A stretch of DNA of 64,000 nt from Polyangiales bacterium (GTDB taxonomy: Bacteria > Myxococcota_A > Polyangia > Polyangiales > Polyangiaceae): positions 64,001-128,000 of the forward strand of contig JBBRLQ010000013.1 in NCBI GenBank assembly GCA_038231275.1. Direction: 5' to 3'. The position numbers and the translations under genes were made by a program. Position 1 is the stretch's first letter. Every line of letters starts with the position of its first letter. Under the pieces are notes generated by a model. That model was given only the letters and a program-made list of their open reading frames with translations. It was not told where the DNA came from and made no database searches. Shown one piece after another: positions 28,600-38,112 of this stretch.

Positions 28600-29334
28600 A
28601 TGGCCAACGTGGGCGCTGACAGCATGGACGACATCTGGTTCGTACAGCTTCCGAACGGGAACGTGAGGGCGTGGTCGCTCGACGAGCTCGACGCGGAGTT
28701 CCAGAAGGGCACGATCAACGAGGGCACGCTGGTTCGCCAGGGCGTCGCGCCGTGGACGAAGCTCTCGGCGCTGCTCGGCCTCGACGACGCGCCGCCGCCG
28801 ATCTCGAGCGGCATGGCGGTGTCGGTCAGCGTCGCGCCAGCGGCCATCGCGCCGTACCAGATCCCGAGCATGCCGCCGCCGCCCGTCGTGATGAGCCTCG
28901 ACGAAGACGTCGATCTCGATTTCATGGCGCCGCCGGCCTCGCGGAAGAAAAAGGTGATGATGGGCGTCGCCGCCGCGGCGCTCGTCCTGTGCGGCGGGGT
29001 CTTCGCGCTGACCAAGGTCACGTCCGGCGCGCCTGCTGCAGCCAGCGCCGTCGGCCAGAACGCAAACGCATCGATCGCGCAGATCGCCGCGCCCGCTCCC
29101 CCGCCTGCGCCCGTCGCCGCGCCCGCTGCCGCGCAACTCGACGCACCGAAGGGCGCACCGCTCACCGATCTCCAGAGGAAGGCGCTCCTCACCGCGGACA
29201 AGAACCGCGAGCGCGTCGCCAAAGAAGCCAAGGAGAAAAAGGCGAAGCTCGCCCCCGCTCGCCGCTCGCCGCGAAGCGCCAGCCCGTTCCACAAGAACGG
29301 CAGCAAGGGCGACCCGCTGAACATCACGTTCTGA
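28600..29334 (+). CDS. GYF_2 (DUF4339)-like domain membrane protein
   Basis: WFV...G......L.EL...F..G.I...TLV......W..L pattern, then one TM helix; GGAGG RBS. Confidence 0.75.
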   Translation: MANVGADSMDDIWFVQLPNGNVRAWSLDELDAEFQKGTINEGTLVRQGVAPWTKLSALLGLDDAPPPISSGMAVSVSVAPAAIAPYQIPSMPPPPVVMSLDEDVDLDFMAPPASRKKKVMMGVAAAALVLCGGVFALTKVTSGAPAAASAVGQNANASIAQIAAPAPPPAPVAAPAAAQLDAPKGAPLTDLQRKALLTADKNRERVAKEAKEKKAKLAPARRSPRSASPFHKNGSKGDPLNITF

Positions 29335-29360
29335 CCGGCACCCTGTCGTACGATGGCGCG

Positions 29361-30032
29361 ATGCTGACGCGCTTCGCCGACGACATCTGGACCGAGGCAC
29401 GCAGGGCCAAATTCTGGGGCCTCGAGACCGGCTCGCGCATGACGATCGTGCGCATGGAGAGCGGCGGGCTGTTCGTCCATTCGCCGCTCGGCCTCGACGA
29501 TGCAACGCGCGCGGAGGTCGACGCCATCGGACCGGTGCGCGCCGTGGTGGCGCCCAGCCTCTTTCATCACCTGCACGTCGGCGCGTGGATGAGGGCATAC
29601 CCCGACGCCGTCTTCGCCGCGATCCCGGGACTCGAGTGGAAGCGCCCCGATCTGGCGTTCACGTCGGTCATTGGCGACGAGCGCCACGCGGCGTGGACGC
29701 CCGATCTCGAGCAAGTCTACTTCTCTGCGCGGCGCGAAAACGAGGTCGTGTTCTTCCACACGAAGAGTCGGACGATGATCTGCGCCGACGCGCTCCTGAA
29801 CCTCTCGAAGCACGACCAGGCGTGGACGCGCTTCGTCGCTTCGTGGATCATGTGGAATCGCGCGCCCGGCACCGGACCGCTCGAGCATGTCATGGTGCGC
29901 AATCGCGACGTCGCGCGCCGGCAGGTCGAGCGCATCCTCGCGTGGGACATCGATCGCATCATCTTGTCACACGGCGCCCTCGTCGAAGGGGACGGCCGTG
30001 AGGTCGTGCGACGCGCGTACGCCTGGCTCTGA
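29361..30032 (+). CDS. DUF4336 family protein (metallo-beta-lactamase-like fold)
   Basis: RMTIVR...GGLFVHSP, APSLFHHL, EVVFFH..SRT.I..D, I.SHG. Confidence 0.85.
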   Translation: MLTRFADDIWTEARRAKFWGLETGSRMTIVRMESGGLFVHSPLGLDDATRAEVDAIGPVRAVVAPSLFHHLHVGAWMRAYPDAVFAAIPGLEWKRPDLAFTSVIGDERHAAWTPDLEQVYFSARRENEVVFFHTKSRTMICADALLNLSKHDQAWTRFVASWIMWNRAPGTGPLEHVMVRNRDVARRQVERILAWDIDRIILSHGALVEGDGREVVRRAYAWL

Positions 30033-30092
30033 GCGGAGCGAAGCGCAGCGGAGCGAAACGCTCCTGCCGGAGAGCCGACTCGAGCGCCGCGC

Positions 30093-30449
30093 CTATTTCT
30101 TGATCGGCGCGCAGACGGCCTTCGGCACGAACACGCGCGCCGGAGAGCCAAGGAACGTGACCACCTCGGTGGACGCGCGCGCCGGCACGAGCACTCTCTG
30201 CGGCTCGGGGTTCACGTCCGTCGTGACGGTGCACGCCTCGTCCTGGGCGCACGCGTTCGCGAGGACGACGACGTGGTTGTATCCAGCGGCTCCGTAGCGC
30301 GCCTCAGCGCGGATCGCCACGCACGCGCGCGGCGGCGCGGGAGGTGCGGGATCCGCATGCACCGGCGCGGTAGCGAGGGCGAATGTCGCCGCCACGAACG
30401 CTCCGCCGAGCACCCTCGCGCTGCGCTTCGTCGTGGGTTCATGAGCCAT
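30093..30449 (-). CDS. Small secreted Cys-containing protein
   Basis: Signal peptide ending VHA; 4 Cys; GYNHVV..N.C motif. Confidence 0.7.
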   Translation of the reverse strand: MAHEPTTKRSARVLGGAFVAATFALATAPVHADPAPPAPPRACVAIRAEARYGAAGYNHVVVLANACAQDEACTVTTDVNPEPQRVLVPARASTEVVTFLGSPARVFVPKAVCAPIKK

Positions 30450-30451
30450 CG

Positions 30452-31048
30452 TCAGACCTCTTTCGACACGTGACGGAGCGACGCCGATAGGTTCGCGATC
30501 ACGCGCTCCAAGTTTCCCATGAGATCGGCCTCCGCGCTGCCCCACGCCCAAAACGAAATCATGAGCTGCTCGCCGAGCTGCTCGGCCGGAGGGAGCGCCA
30601 GGTAGCGCGCAGGCACGCGCGTCGTGCCGATGACGCCGAGCTCGAACAGTGCGTCACGCTCGGACAGGTCGCGATGGAGCGCGCCCGTGAGCCACGCGAC
30701 GTCGGGCGGCGACGCGTTCAGGGGAAGGTCGCGGAAGAGGACGATGATGCGCCCGGAGCACTCGAACGCGCGCGCCCGATCGGCCGTTCCGTTGGCGTGC
30801 GGCGCCGTGAACGCGCAGTCGCTCGACTCGAACGGCGAGTCGTCCCCGTTCAGCCACTCGAGGAGCGCGTAAAACCGGGTCACCGCCGCGTGATCTCCAA
30901 ACGGCACGAAATCCTCGAGCGCCGTGCGAATGAGCGAGGGCGTCGCGCGCAGATCGTAGTAGCGGAATGCCGCGCTCGTCACGGCGTCGGTCCACGGATG
31001 GGACCGCGGCTCGGTGAACGGCGGCCCGTCGTACTCGCAAGTCCTCAC
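30452..31048 (-). CDS. Hypothetical protein
   Basis: GTGA overlap with the GtrA gene; only the last 198 aa of ORF 30452..32521 look protein-like. Confidence 0.7.
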   Translation of the reverse strand: MRTCEYDGPPFTEPRSHPWTDAVTSAAFRYYDLRATPSLIRTALEDFVPFGDHAAVTRFYALLEWLNGDDSPFESSDCAFTAPHANGTADRARAFECSGRIIVLFRDLPLNASPPDVAWLTGALHRDLSERDALFELGVIGTTRVPARYLALPPAEQLGEQLMISFWAWGSAEADLMGNLERVIANLSASLRHVSKEV

Positions 31049-31533
31049 GGCGCGCGCGGAGGCTCCGGCGTCTCTTGGGGGAGGCGAAAGATGACGAGCT
31101 TGCGCATGGGATACGCGAAGCAGACGAAGACGACGAACGTGCCGAGGAAGCTCACCAGCTCTTGCGGCATGAAGGTGATGCGCGGGGAGAGGAACCGGAA
31201 GATGCTCCAATTGAGGAGGAGCGCGAAGAGCTCCGCGGCGACGAACAGACGAGCTTGCCGCGTGATCTTGCCGCGCTGCGCGCGAAACGTGAACGTGCGG
31301 TTGCCGAAGAATTGGAACGACGCGCCCGCGAGCAGCGCCGGCACACGAGCCGTTGTCGGCGCGAGACCGACCAGGTGGATGGACGTCGTGAGGACGGACA
31401 CATCGAGGATCGTCGCGCCACTCCCCACGATCAGCGCGCGCCCAAACCGCAGCGCGCGCTCCACGAACGGCTCTTTTGGCGTCGATTCGTCGCGTTCTGC
31501 CGGCAACACCGCTCTCAGGATAGCGCGGGGCAT
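31045..31533 (-). CDS. GtrA family membrane protein
   Basis: RF.R...VG..AT..D, F..NR.FTF, four short TM helices. Confidence 0.85.
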   Translation of the reverse strand: MPRAILRAVLPAERDESTPKEPFVERALRFGRALIVGSGATILDVSVLTTSIHLVGLAPTTARVPALLAGASFQFFGNRTFTFRAQRGKITRQARLFVAAELFALLLNWSIFRFLSPRITFMPQELVSFLGTFVVFVCFAYPMRKLVIFRLPQETPEPPRAP

Positions 31534-31586
31534 AAAGCGGGGTAGGATCGTGTTTCGCGTTTCGTACGACGAACAGGAGGGTGGCC

Positions 31587-31976
31587 ATGTCCGCGAGAGA
31601 CCGCATCGAAGGGCTTACGAACAGCTGGTACGGCTTCGACCTCGTGGCAGGCGCGGTGGCGCTGCTCGACAGCGGCTTCGGATTCTTCTCGCTCCTCCGG
31701 GCGGCGGCCGCGGTGCTCTTCAGCTTCGCGCTGACGTGGTTCTTCGGGCGGCGCCTGCTCGCCAAGTCGAGCACGATGCGGATGTTCCTGCTCGTAGTGG
31801 CGGGCATCGGCGTCGTCTTCGGCGCCCTCGGCACCGCGCGCCTCGGGTGGACGTTCCTCCACGACTGGTCGATCGGGCTCCTCATCCAGACGGCGTTCAC
31901 CGGCTCGGCGGCGTGGATGTACCTCAGGTCGCTCCGCGCGCTCACGGACTCGCAGGTCAAGGCGTACTTCGACTGA
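31587..31976 (+). CDS. Hypothetical membrane protein
   Basis: AGGAGG RBS; 4 hydrophobic segments; C-terminal VKAYF. Confidence 0.75.
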   Translation: MSARDRIEGLTNSWYGFDLVAGAVALLDSGFGFFSLLRAAAAVLFSFALTWFFGRRLLAKSSTMRMFLLVVAGIGVVFGALGTARLGWTFLHDWSIGLLIQTAFTGSAAWMYLRSLRALTDSQVKAYFD

Positions 31977-32511
31977 CGATCGCGAGCGCGATCGCCGCAG
32001 CGGCGACGAGACCCGCGACGAGCCCCCAACCGAACGAGCCACGGGTTGGCGCCCTCGCGTCGGCGCGTGGAAACGTGACGGCGTGCAGCTCTCCCGCCTC
32101 TGCGTCGTAGAGGAGCACGCCGTCGACGTCGAAGGCGACGCTGTACTCGAGGAGCTGTCGGCGCGTCGCCGTGGTCTGGATGCGCGGCGCGACGCTGCCC
32201 GTCTTCACCTCGACGACGTACACCGCGTCGTCCCTTCGCACGAGGTAGTCCGCGCGCACGGACGCGCGCGTCACTTCCCCGTCGACGTGCACGGCGTAGT
32301 CGGCGGCGACCTGGGCGCCGAGGATCTCGTAACCGGCGGCCACGAGCGACGAAGCCGCCTCGGCCTCCCCCTCCCCTGCCCTCACCACGCGCGCGAGGAT
32401 CCGCCGACGCCGCGCGCGACGCCTCCACGTGCTCGCGATCGCCTGCGCGACGGCGAGCACGATCGCGAGCGCCGCGACGACCACGAGGAGATCGCGGGAG
32501 ATCGCGGGCAT
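31957..32511 (-). CDS. Membrane-anchored PD-(D/E)xK nuclease-like protein
   Basis: GE.EA...L...GYEI, RADYLV, VVEVKTG; hydrophobic helices at both termini. Confidence 0.7.
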   Translation of the reverse strand: MPAISRDLLVVVAALAIVLAVAQAIASTWRRRARRRRILARVVRAGEGEAEAASSLVAAGYEILGAQVAADYAVHVDGEVTRASVRADYLVRRDDAVYVVEVKTGSVAPRIQTTATRRQLLEYSVAFDVDGVLLYDAEAGELHAVTFPRADARAPTRGSFGWGLVAGLVAAAAIALAIVSRSTP

Positions 32512-32580
32512 GCTCCGTCATCGCACCGCGCGGTCACGCGGGCCAAGAACGCGTCGCGCGACGCCGGAAACCGAACGCGC

Positions 32581-32985
32581 TTACGGGCCGTACGGGTTGG
32601 GCGAGCCGGAATCTTGCGTCTGCGCGGGGCAGGCGCTGCCCGACCACTGGAAGCACACGTGCGTCGCGTCGCAGCAATTCACGCCATTGTTCACCGGCGC
32701 GCACCAGGACTGGCAGTCCTGATCGGTCGCGCAGGTGTTGCCGCACTGTCCGGTGGAGCCGGCGTCCGGCGTGCCCGACGTGCCCGACGTACCCGAGCTG
32801 CCGCTCGAGCCGGAGCTGCCGCTCGAGCCGGAGCTGCCACTCGAGCCGGAGCTGCCCGAGCTCGTCGACGCGTCCTGGTCCGTTCCCGGGCCGTCCGACG
32901 ACGCCGGGTTGCTCGACGAGCAGCCGTAGGCGGCGAATCCGAAAGCGGCGAGCAAGGCACCCGAAATGGCGACGGCGATTTTCAC
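32581..32985 (-). CDS. Small Cys-rich lipoprotein with Ser/Gly linker
   Basis: Lipobox AYG-C, (SSG)n linker encoded by 18-nt repeats, 8-Cys C-terminal domain. Confidence 0.75.
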   Translation of the reverse strand: MKIAVAISGALLAAFGFAAYGCSSSNPASSDGPGTDQDASTSSGSSGSSGSSGSSGSSGSSGSSGTSGTSGTPDAGSTGQCGNTCATDQDCQSWCAPVNNGVNCCDATHVCFQWSGSACPAQTQDSGSPNPYGP

Positions 32986-32990
32986 GGGTG

Positions 32991-33026
32991 TTTACTTAGC
33001 TCAAGAGGCTTGCTGCACTAAGTAAA
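32991..33026. promoter_or_regulatory. AT-rich inverted repeat in a divergent promoter region
   Basis: TTTACTTAG-N18-CTAAGTAAA with inner CAAG/CTTG. Confidence 0.45.
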
Positions 33027-33064
33027 ACCTCGAGCACGAGACAATAGAGAGACGCCTGGCCCCG

Positions 33065-34813
33065 ATGACGAGCGACGACGACGCCGCGAAAACGCGAAAA
33101 AACACGCGATTTCGCTTCATTCCGCCCGTCACCCTCGTGATCGCGCTCGGCGTGCTCCTGTTCCAGCCGGGTCTGCGATCGCCGCTCATGTTGGATGATT
33201 ACATCCAAGCTGCAATGGTCGACGGCACGTACGGTCCGCCGCGCGGCCCGTTCGATCTGTACGACTTCGTCGGCACGAGGGAAGCGGAGCGCCTCGTCGC
33301 GCGGGGGTTCCTCCCCTGGTGGTCGCATCCGGCGCTGAAGATCCGGTTTTTCCGGCCCGTGTCGAGCGTCCTCAGGTGGAGCGATCAGCGCCTCGTCGGC
33401 CGCAGCCCGCTGCCGCTCCACGCCCACTCGCTCGCGTGGTGGGTGCTCTGCGTGATCGCGGCGCGCTCGCTCTTCAAGCGCGTGCTCGCGCCGAGGCCGC
33501 TGCTCGTCGCGACCGCGATCTTCGCGCTGGCGCCGTGCCACGTGATGCCGCTGGCGTGGCTCGCCAACCGCGAGGCGCTCCTCTCCTTGTCCTCCGGGGC
33601 CTTCGCGCTCGCCGCCTACGCGCGATGGCGCGACGAGCGACGGGCAAAGGACGCGGCGGTCGCGTTCGTGCTCTTCGGGCTGACGGTCCTGTGCGGCGAG
33701 TACGGCCTCGGCTTCGGCGGATACGTCGTCGCGTTCGAGCTCGTGCGACGCCGAGAGTCCGTCGTGCGGCGCGTGACGGGCCTCGCGATCTACGCGATCC
33801 CGACCGCGGCGTACCTGTGGCTTCGCGCGTCGCTCGATTACGGGACGAAGGGCTCGGGATTTTACGCGGACCCGATCGCCGAGCCGTTCGAGTATTTGAG
33901 GCTCGCGCCGTGGCGGGCGCTCGTCCTCGCGGCGCAGGCGTGGCTGTCGTACGCGGCCGATCCCGCCGCGGGGGAGCTGGAGACGGCGCTGACGACGGTA
34001 AGCGTGCTGGCGGGGCTGGTCCTCGTCGCCATCGTGTGGCGTCGCGTTCGCGCGGAGATGGACACGCCCACGAGCGACGCGGCGTCGTGGCTTCTCCTCG
34101 GCTCGATCTTCGCGCTCGCGCCGGTGCTCGCGGTTTTGCCGTCCGCGCGCGTGCTTGGCGTGACCATGCTCGGCGTGGCGCCAGTTTGCGCGCTCATCGT
34201 CGAGCGCGCGTGGTGGCCGACCTCGGTAGCGCCGCGCCGTGGAATGCCCGAGCTCGTCGCGCTTGTGGGGACGGCGATGGGCTTCGCGCAGCTCGTACAC
34301 GGGCCGGGCACGTCGTTCTTGCTCGCGCGACGCCATCGCGCCGAGGCGGTCGCATTCGCGACGCAGACGACCGCGCTCGGCAAACGCCTGGGCGACGTAC
34401 CCGCCACCGACGTCGTCGTGGTCCGCGGTTTCGCCCGCATGTTCTTCGCTCCCTTCGCGCTCTCGCCGCACGGCGAGGGGCCGCGGCGCTGGCGGATCCT
34501 CTCGCAGACCGGCCACGTGCTCTTACTGCGGCAAGGCCCACGCGCGTTCGACGTCGTCGTCGCCGAGAACGCCACCATCTTTCCGATCGGAGACGGCAAC
34601 CTGTTCCGCAACAAGGCGCTCCCGGTGCGCAAGGGCGATCTGTTCAAGATGCCTGGCGCGACCGCCAAGGTCGTCGACGTAGGACCGGCGGGCCCGCGGC
34701 GTGTTCACTTCGAATTCGACGACGAGCTCGGCCCGTGGATCAACGAGAAGAACGACACGTTCGCCGACGCCGAGCTCCCCCGCGAAGGCTTCGGCGCGCC
34801 GTTCGATCCGTGA
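33065..34813 (+). CDS. Polytopic membrane protein, probable GT-C-fold glycosyltransferase
   Basis: DD motif after TM1 (MLDDY), FFRP, FAL.P.H....W...R, multiple TM helices. Confidence 0.6.
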   Translation: MTSDDDAAKTRKNTRFRFIPPVTLVIALGVLLFQPGLRSPLMLDDYIQAAMVDGTYGPPRGPFDLYDFVGTREAERLVARGFLPWWSHPALKIRFFRPVSSVLRWSDQRLVGRSPLPLHAHSLAWWVLCVIAARSLFKRVLAPRPLLVATAIFALAPCHVMPLAWLANREALLSLSSGAFALAAYARWRDERRAKDAAVAFVLFGLTVLCGEYGLGFGGYVVAFELVRRRESVVRRVTGLAIYAIPTAAYLWLRASLDYGTKGSGFYADPIAEPFEYLRLAPWRALVLAAQAWLSYAADPAAGELETALTTVSVLAGLVLVAIVWRRVRAEMDTPTSDAASWLLLGSIFALAPVLAVLPSARVLGVTMLGVAPVCALIVERAWWPTSVAPRRGMPELVALVGTAMGFAQLVHGPGTSFLLARRHRAEAVAFATQTTALGKRLGDVPATDVVVVRGFARMFFAPFALSPHGEGPRRWRILSQTGHVLLLRQGPRAFDVVVAENATIFPIGDGNLFRNKALPVRKGDLFKMPGATAKVVDVGPAGPRRVHFEFDDELGPWINEKNDTFADAELPREGFGAPFDP

Positions 34814-34825
34814 TCGTCTGCGCCG

Positions 34826-36013
34826 TCACGCCGCGATGCGTTCACGGAAGCGCAGCGACGGCTTCTCGATGAGGACGTGCATCACGTACGAGAGTGCGAT
34901 CGACAGGATCATGAGCTCCCCGAGTGAGATGAGCCACACGATCGACATCGGCAAGGACTTGGCGAGGCGCTGCGCGACCGGAACCATCACCTCCTCGCAG
35001 AGCGGGATGTGCACGAGGTAGATGCCGTAGCCGAGCGTCGCGATCCGCCTATAAATCGGCCACGACAGGAGTCTCACGAAGAACCCGTCGCCGTGCAAGA
35101 GGAGCAGCACGCAGCCGAAATACATCGCGCTCGTCACCGTTCCCCACGACCAGACGAGGACCATCTGCATGGTGCCCTCGCCGAACATCCAAGGCTGCAC
35201 GAGGAGCCACAGGCACGCCAGCGACGCCAACGTCACGAGCGCGCGGTGGAACGGCGCCTTCAGCCACGCGGCGATGCGCTCCTTGTACTCGGCCTGGACG
35301 ACCGCGAGGAGGATGCCGCCGACCAGCGTGTCGAACCGCGTGTGCGTTCGGAAGTAGAGCGCCATCCGGAGCGCCGAGTCCGTCCACGGACGCCCGTGGT
35401 AGTAGATGTACATCCGGACCCCGAGCGCCGCGAAGAAGAGGACGAGCAAGAGCCCGATCCGCCACCGCCCGCTCCGCACGCGCTGGAGGACGAAGAAGAG
35501 GATCGGCACGGTGAGGTAGAACTGCTCTTCGAGCGCGAGCGACCACCCCCAGTACATGATCACGTCGCCCGGCTTCAGGCGGATGAAGTTGGTCCCGTAC
35601 AGGTACTCAGCGAGCAGGTGCTTCTGCTGGAGCGCCGTCAGCGCGGTCGTGAGCGCGAGGTAGGTGAGGACGACGTAGTACGACGGGAACGTTCGGAAGA
35701 TGCGCCGCAGGTAAAAGCGCTGGAGCTGCTGCGACCCCGCGGTGCGGATCGAGTGGAGGAGGATCGACCCGATCAAGAATCCGCTCAGAAAGAAGAACAG
35801 ATCCATCCCGAAGAACACCGTGAGCGACGACGCCATGAAACCGGCGTCGAGCGGCATGCGCTTCTCGCCGCCGAAGATCCACGTCACGTGGAACTGCACG
35901 ACGCTCAGGATTGCGAAGACGCGCAGACCGTGGAGCTGCGGGTAGCGGTTGTCGAGGAGCTCCAGCGAAAGAAATCTTCCGAGTCGCGATTGCGGCAGCG
36001 CGGCGGCGGTCAT
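34826..36013 (-). CDS. Acyltransferase 3 (OafA-like)
   Basis: L.GLR..A...V..FH, G.DLFF.LSGFLI, RRIFR..P.Y, WSL.LEEQFY, YGIYLVH, IEKP. Confidence 0.92.
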   Translation of the reverse strand: MTAAALPQSRLGRFLSLELLDNRYPQLHGLRVFAILSVVQFHVTWIFGGEKRMPLDAGFMASSLTVFFGMDLFFFLSGFLIGSILLHSIRTAGSQQLQRFYLRRIFRTFPSYYVVLTYLALTTALTALQQKHLLAEYLYGTNFIRLKPGDVIMYWGWSLALEEQFYLTVPILFFVLQRVRSGRWRIGLLLVLFFAALGVRMYIYYHGRPWTDSALRMALYFRTHTRFDTLVGGILLAVVQAEYKERIAAWLKAPFHRALVTLASLACLWLLVQPWMFGEGTMQMVLVWSWGTVTSAMYFGCVLLLLHGDGFFVRLLSWPIYRRIATLGYGIYLVHIPLCEEVMVPVAQRLAKSLPMSIVWLISLGELMILSIALSYVMHVLIEKPSLRFRERIAA

Positions 36014-37638
36014 GACGCGGCGGCGCTCGCGAAATACTCGTCGTAGCGCGCGTCGGCCTCGGCGCCGAAGAGCATGGCGCACGCCTCACGGAGGCCGGGC
36101 GCGGCGCGGAGCTCGGCCTCCGTCATCACCAGCGAAATCTTCGAGCGGCGACGCAGAAAATCCTCGAGCTTCACGATCATCTCGCGGCGCGCGGCCTGTT
36201 GGATCTCGCACCGCAGATACTCGGCGCCTTCGATGAGCACTTCGGCCATCGTGCGATCGGCGCGGATGTCCTCGAGGAGGCCGAGCGCCTCGGCGCCGTA
36301 GCGACGCCACAAACGGAGGGTGAGCTTCTCACTGGAGCGAGGCGAGGTCATCGCGTCGAGATCCATGAGGCGCGCCTGGTGGAGGAACTCGCGGCGGGTC
36401 TCGTCGGGCGGCTCGCCGTACCAGCGCGCGTCCGGGTAAGGGAGCGTGACGCCGAGAGCCGCGACGGCCGCCGCGATCTCTTCGCCGACGTTGAGGCAGT
36501 CGGTGAGCTTTCCGCCGAAGATGCTGACGTGGCGCGCGGTGTCGTCGATCTCGACCACGTGCTTGCGCGACATCTGCGTCCAGTCGCTCGCGCCTTTGGA
36601 CGCGTTCGTCTTGGGGACGGCGAGGGGCCGCACGCCGCAGCGCTCGGCGATGACGTCGGCCTCCGTGAGCGGCGCGGGGAGGCGGAGGCGCTTGTTGATG
36701 TTGTCGAGGACGAAGCGGCGGTCCTCGCCCGTGACGTGGCTCTCCGGATCATCGACGCGCGTGTCGGTGGTTCCGATGCAGGTACGCGGCCCCATCGGCA
36801 CGACGAAGAACGGACGCCCGTCGTCGGCGAAGAACGTGAGGACGCGGTGGCTGCCCGTGAGGCGGCGGACGATGAGGTGGATGCCCTTGGAGAAGACGTG
36901 CTCGTGCGTCGTCTCGCGCGAAGAGCGGCGGTTCATCGCGTCGACGTAGGGGCCGCACGCGTTGACGAGCACGCGCGCCCGAACGGTGAGGTCTCGGCCC
37001 GTGACGACGTCGCGAACGCGTACGTGCCACGCGTCGCCGTTACGCTCGGCACCGAGGGCCTCGACGTAGTTGGTGGCGAGGCATCCGTAGTTGAGCGCGC
37101 CGCGGATGAAGTTCCACACGAAGCGCGCGTCGTTGTCGTGGAGGTACGCGTCGGAGTACTCGAAGCCGCCGTCGGCGACGTCGACGCGGATCAACGGCTC
37201 CTCCTGCTCGATGGTTCGCGTCGAGAGGAGGCGCGGACCCTTCGTGAAGAAGCTCCCGATGATCCAATAGAGCCACGCGCCGACGAGCAGCTTCAACAGG
37301 CCGTGCCGGAAGCCCTTGGGGTGCACCGCGAAGAAGCGGATCTCCTGCACCGTCGACGGGTAGCTCTGGATGAGGTGGTTGCGCGAAAGGCAGAGCTTGC
37401 GGACGAGGCCGAATTCGTACGACTCGAGGTACTTGATGCCGCCCCACGCGAGGTTCGACGACTGCTGGCTCGTGAAGCCCGCGAAATCCCCCTTGTCCAC
37501 GAGCGCCACCTTGACCCCACGGGCCGCGAGGCACGCCGCCGACACCGCGCCGTTGATGCCGCCGCCCAGGACGAGGACGTCGAACACGCGCGCCTCGAGG
37601 TCCCGGAGGTTGGTGCTGCGAAGAGAAGGCGAGGCCAT
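36010..37638 (-). CDS. glpD: FAD-dependent glycerol-3-phosphate dehydrogenase/oxidase
   Basis: GGGING, DFA..TS..SS.L..GG.KYL, KGIHL, GTTD, GVRPL, GGKLT. Confidence 0.88.
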   Translation of the reverse strand: MASPSLRSTNLRDLEARVFDVLVLGGGINGAVSAACLAARGVKVALVDKGDFAGFTSQQSSNLAWGGIKYLESYEFGLVRKLCLSRNHLIQSYPSTVQEIRFFAVHPKGFRHGLLKLLVGAWLYWIIGSFFTKGPRLLSTRTIEQEEPLIRVDVADGGFEYSDAYLHDNDARFVWNFIRGALNYGCLATNYVEALGAERNGDAWHVRVRDVVTGRDLTVRARVLVNACGPYVDAMNRRSSRETTHEHVFSKGIHLIVRRLTGSHRVLTFFADDGRPFFVVPMGPRTCIGTTDTRVDDPESHVTGEDRRFVLDNINKRLRLPAPLTEADVIAERCGVRPLAVPKTNASKGASDWTQMSRKHVVEIDDTARHVSIFGGKLTDCLNVGEEIAAAVAALGVTLPYPDARWYGEPPDETRREFLHQARLMDLDAMTSPRSSEKLTLRLWRRYGAEALGLLEDIRADRTMAEVLIEGAEYLRCEIQQAARREMIVKLEDFLRRRSKISLVMTEAELRAAPGLREACAMLFGAEADARYDEYFASAAAS

Positions 37639-37720
37639 GACGGAATGTCGCAGACATGATCGCACACGTGACCGAGCGCTTGAAGCAGAACCGCGCGAGC
37701 CGGGGTAGAGTGTGCGGGCC

Positions 37721-38095
37721 ATGACGCGCGCGACTCCTCCTCGTTCCCTCTTCTCGCTCCTCGCCGTCGTCGGCCTCGTCGCGAGCTGCCTCCCCGACGC
37801 CACCGGCACGAGCTCGTCGGGCGGCAGCACGAGCAGCGGCGGTGGGGTCGCGGTCGACGGCGGAGGCGACGGAGGCACCAGCGACGTCCCCGCCGCGCGC
37901 GTCGCCCTATGCGCGCAGTACGCCGCCGCGACGGCCAATTGCTGCAATCAGGGCGCAGGCGGCACGTGCGCCACGAACAACCAGGCCGATTTGAATGCAT
38001 ATTGCATCAAATATGCGCGCCTGTGCACCGGCATGCCGACGTGCTTCTCGGGGCCCGACTGCAACAGCCTCATCTATTGCGGCGGCTCCTGTTGA
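37721..38095 (+). CDS. Small Cys-rich lipoprotein
   Basis: Lipobox VAS-C, Gly/Ser linker, 10 Cys in the C-terminal 60 aa. Confidence 0.75.
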   Translation: MTRATPPRSLFSLLAVVGLVASCLPDATGTSSSGGSTSSGGGVAVDGGGDGGTSDVPAARVALCAQYAAATANCCNQGAGGTCATNNQADLNAYCIKYARLCTGMPTCFSGPDCNSLIYCGGSC

Positions 38096-38112
38096 GGGGG
38101 ATGCTGCGTGGC

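Noticed and set aside
30032..30064. 15-bp direct repeat with a GGAGCG-AAA-CGCTCC hairpin
   Set aside because: Short and GC-rich; at most an ordinary terminator between convergent genes.
30452..32521. 689-aa ORF as a single gene
   Set aside because: It overlaps three better-supported genes; only 30452..31048 looks coding.
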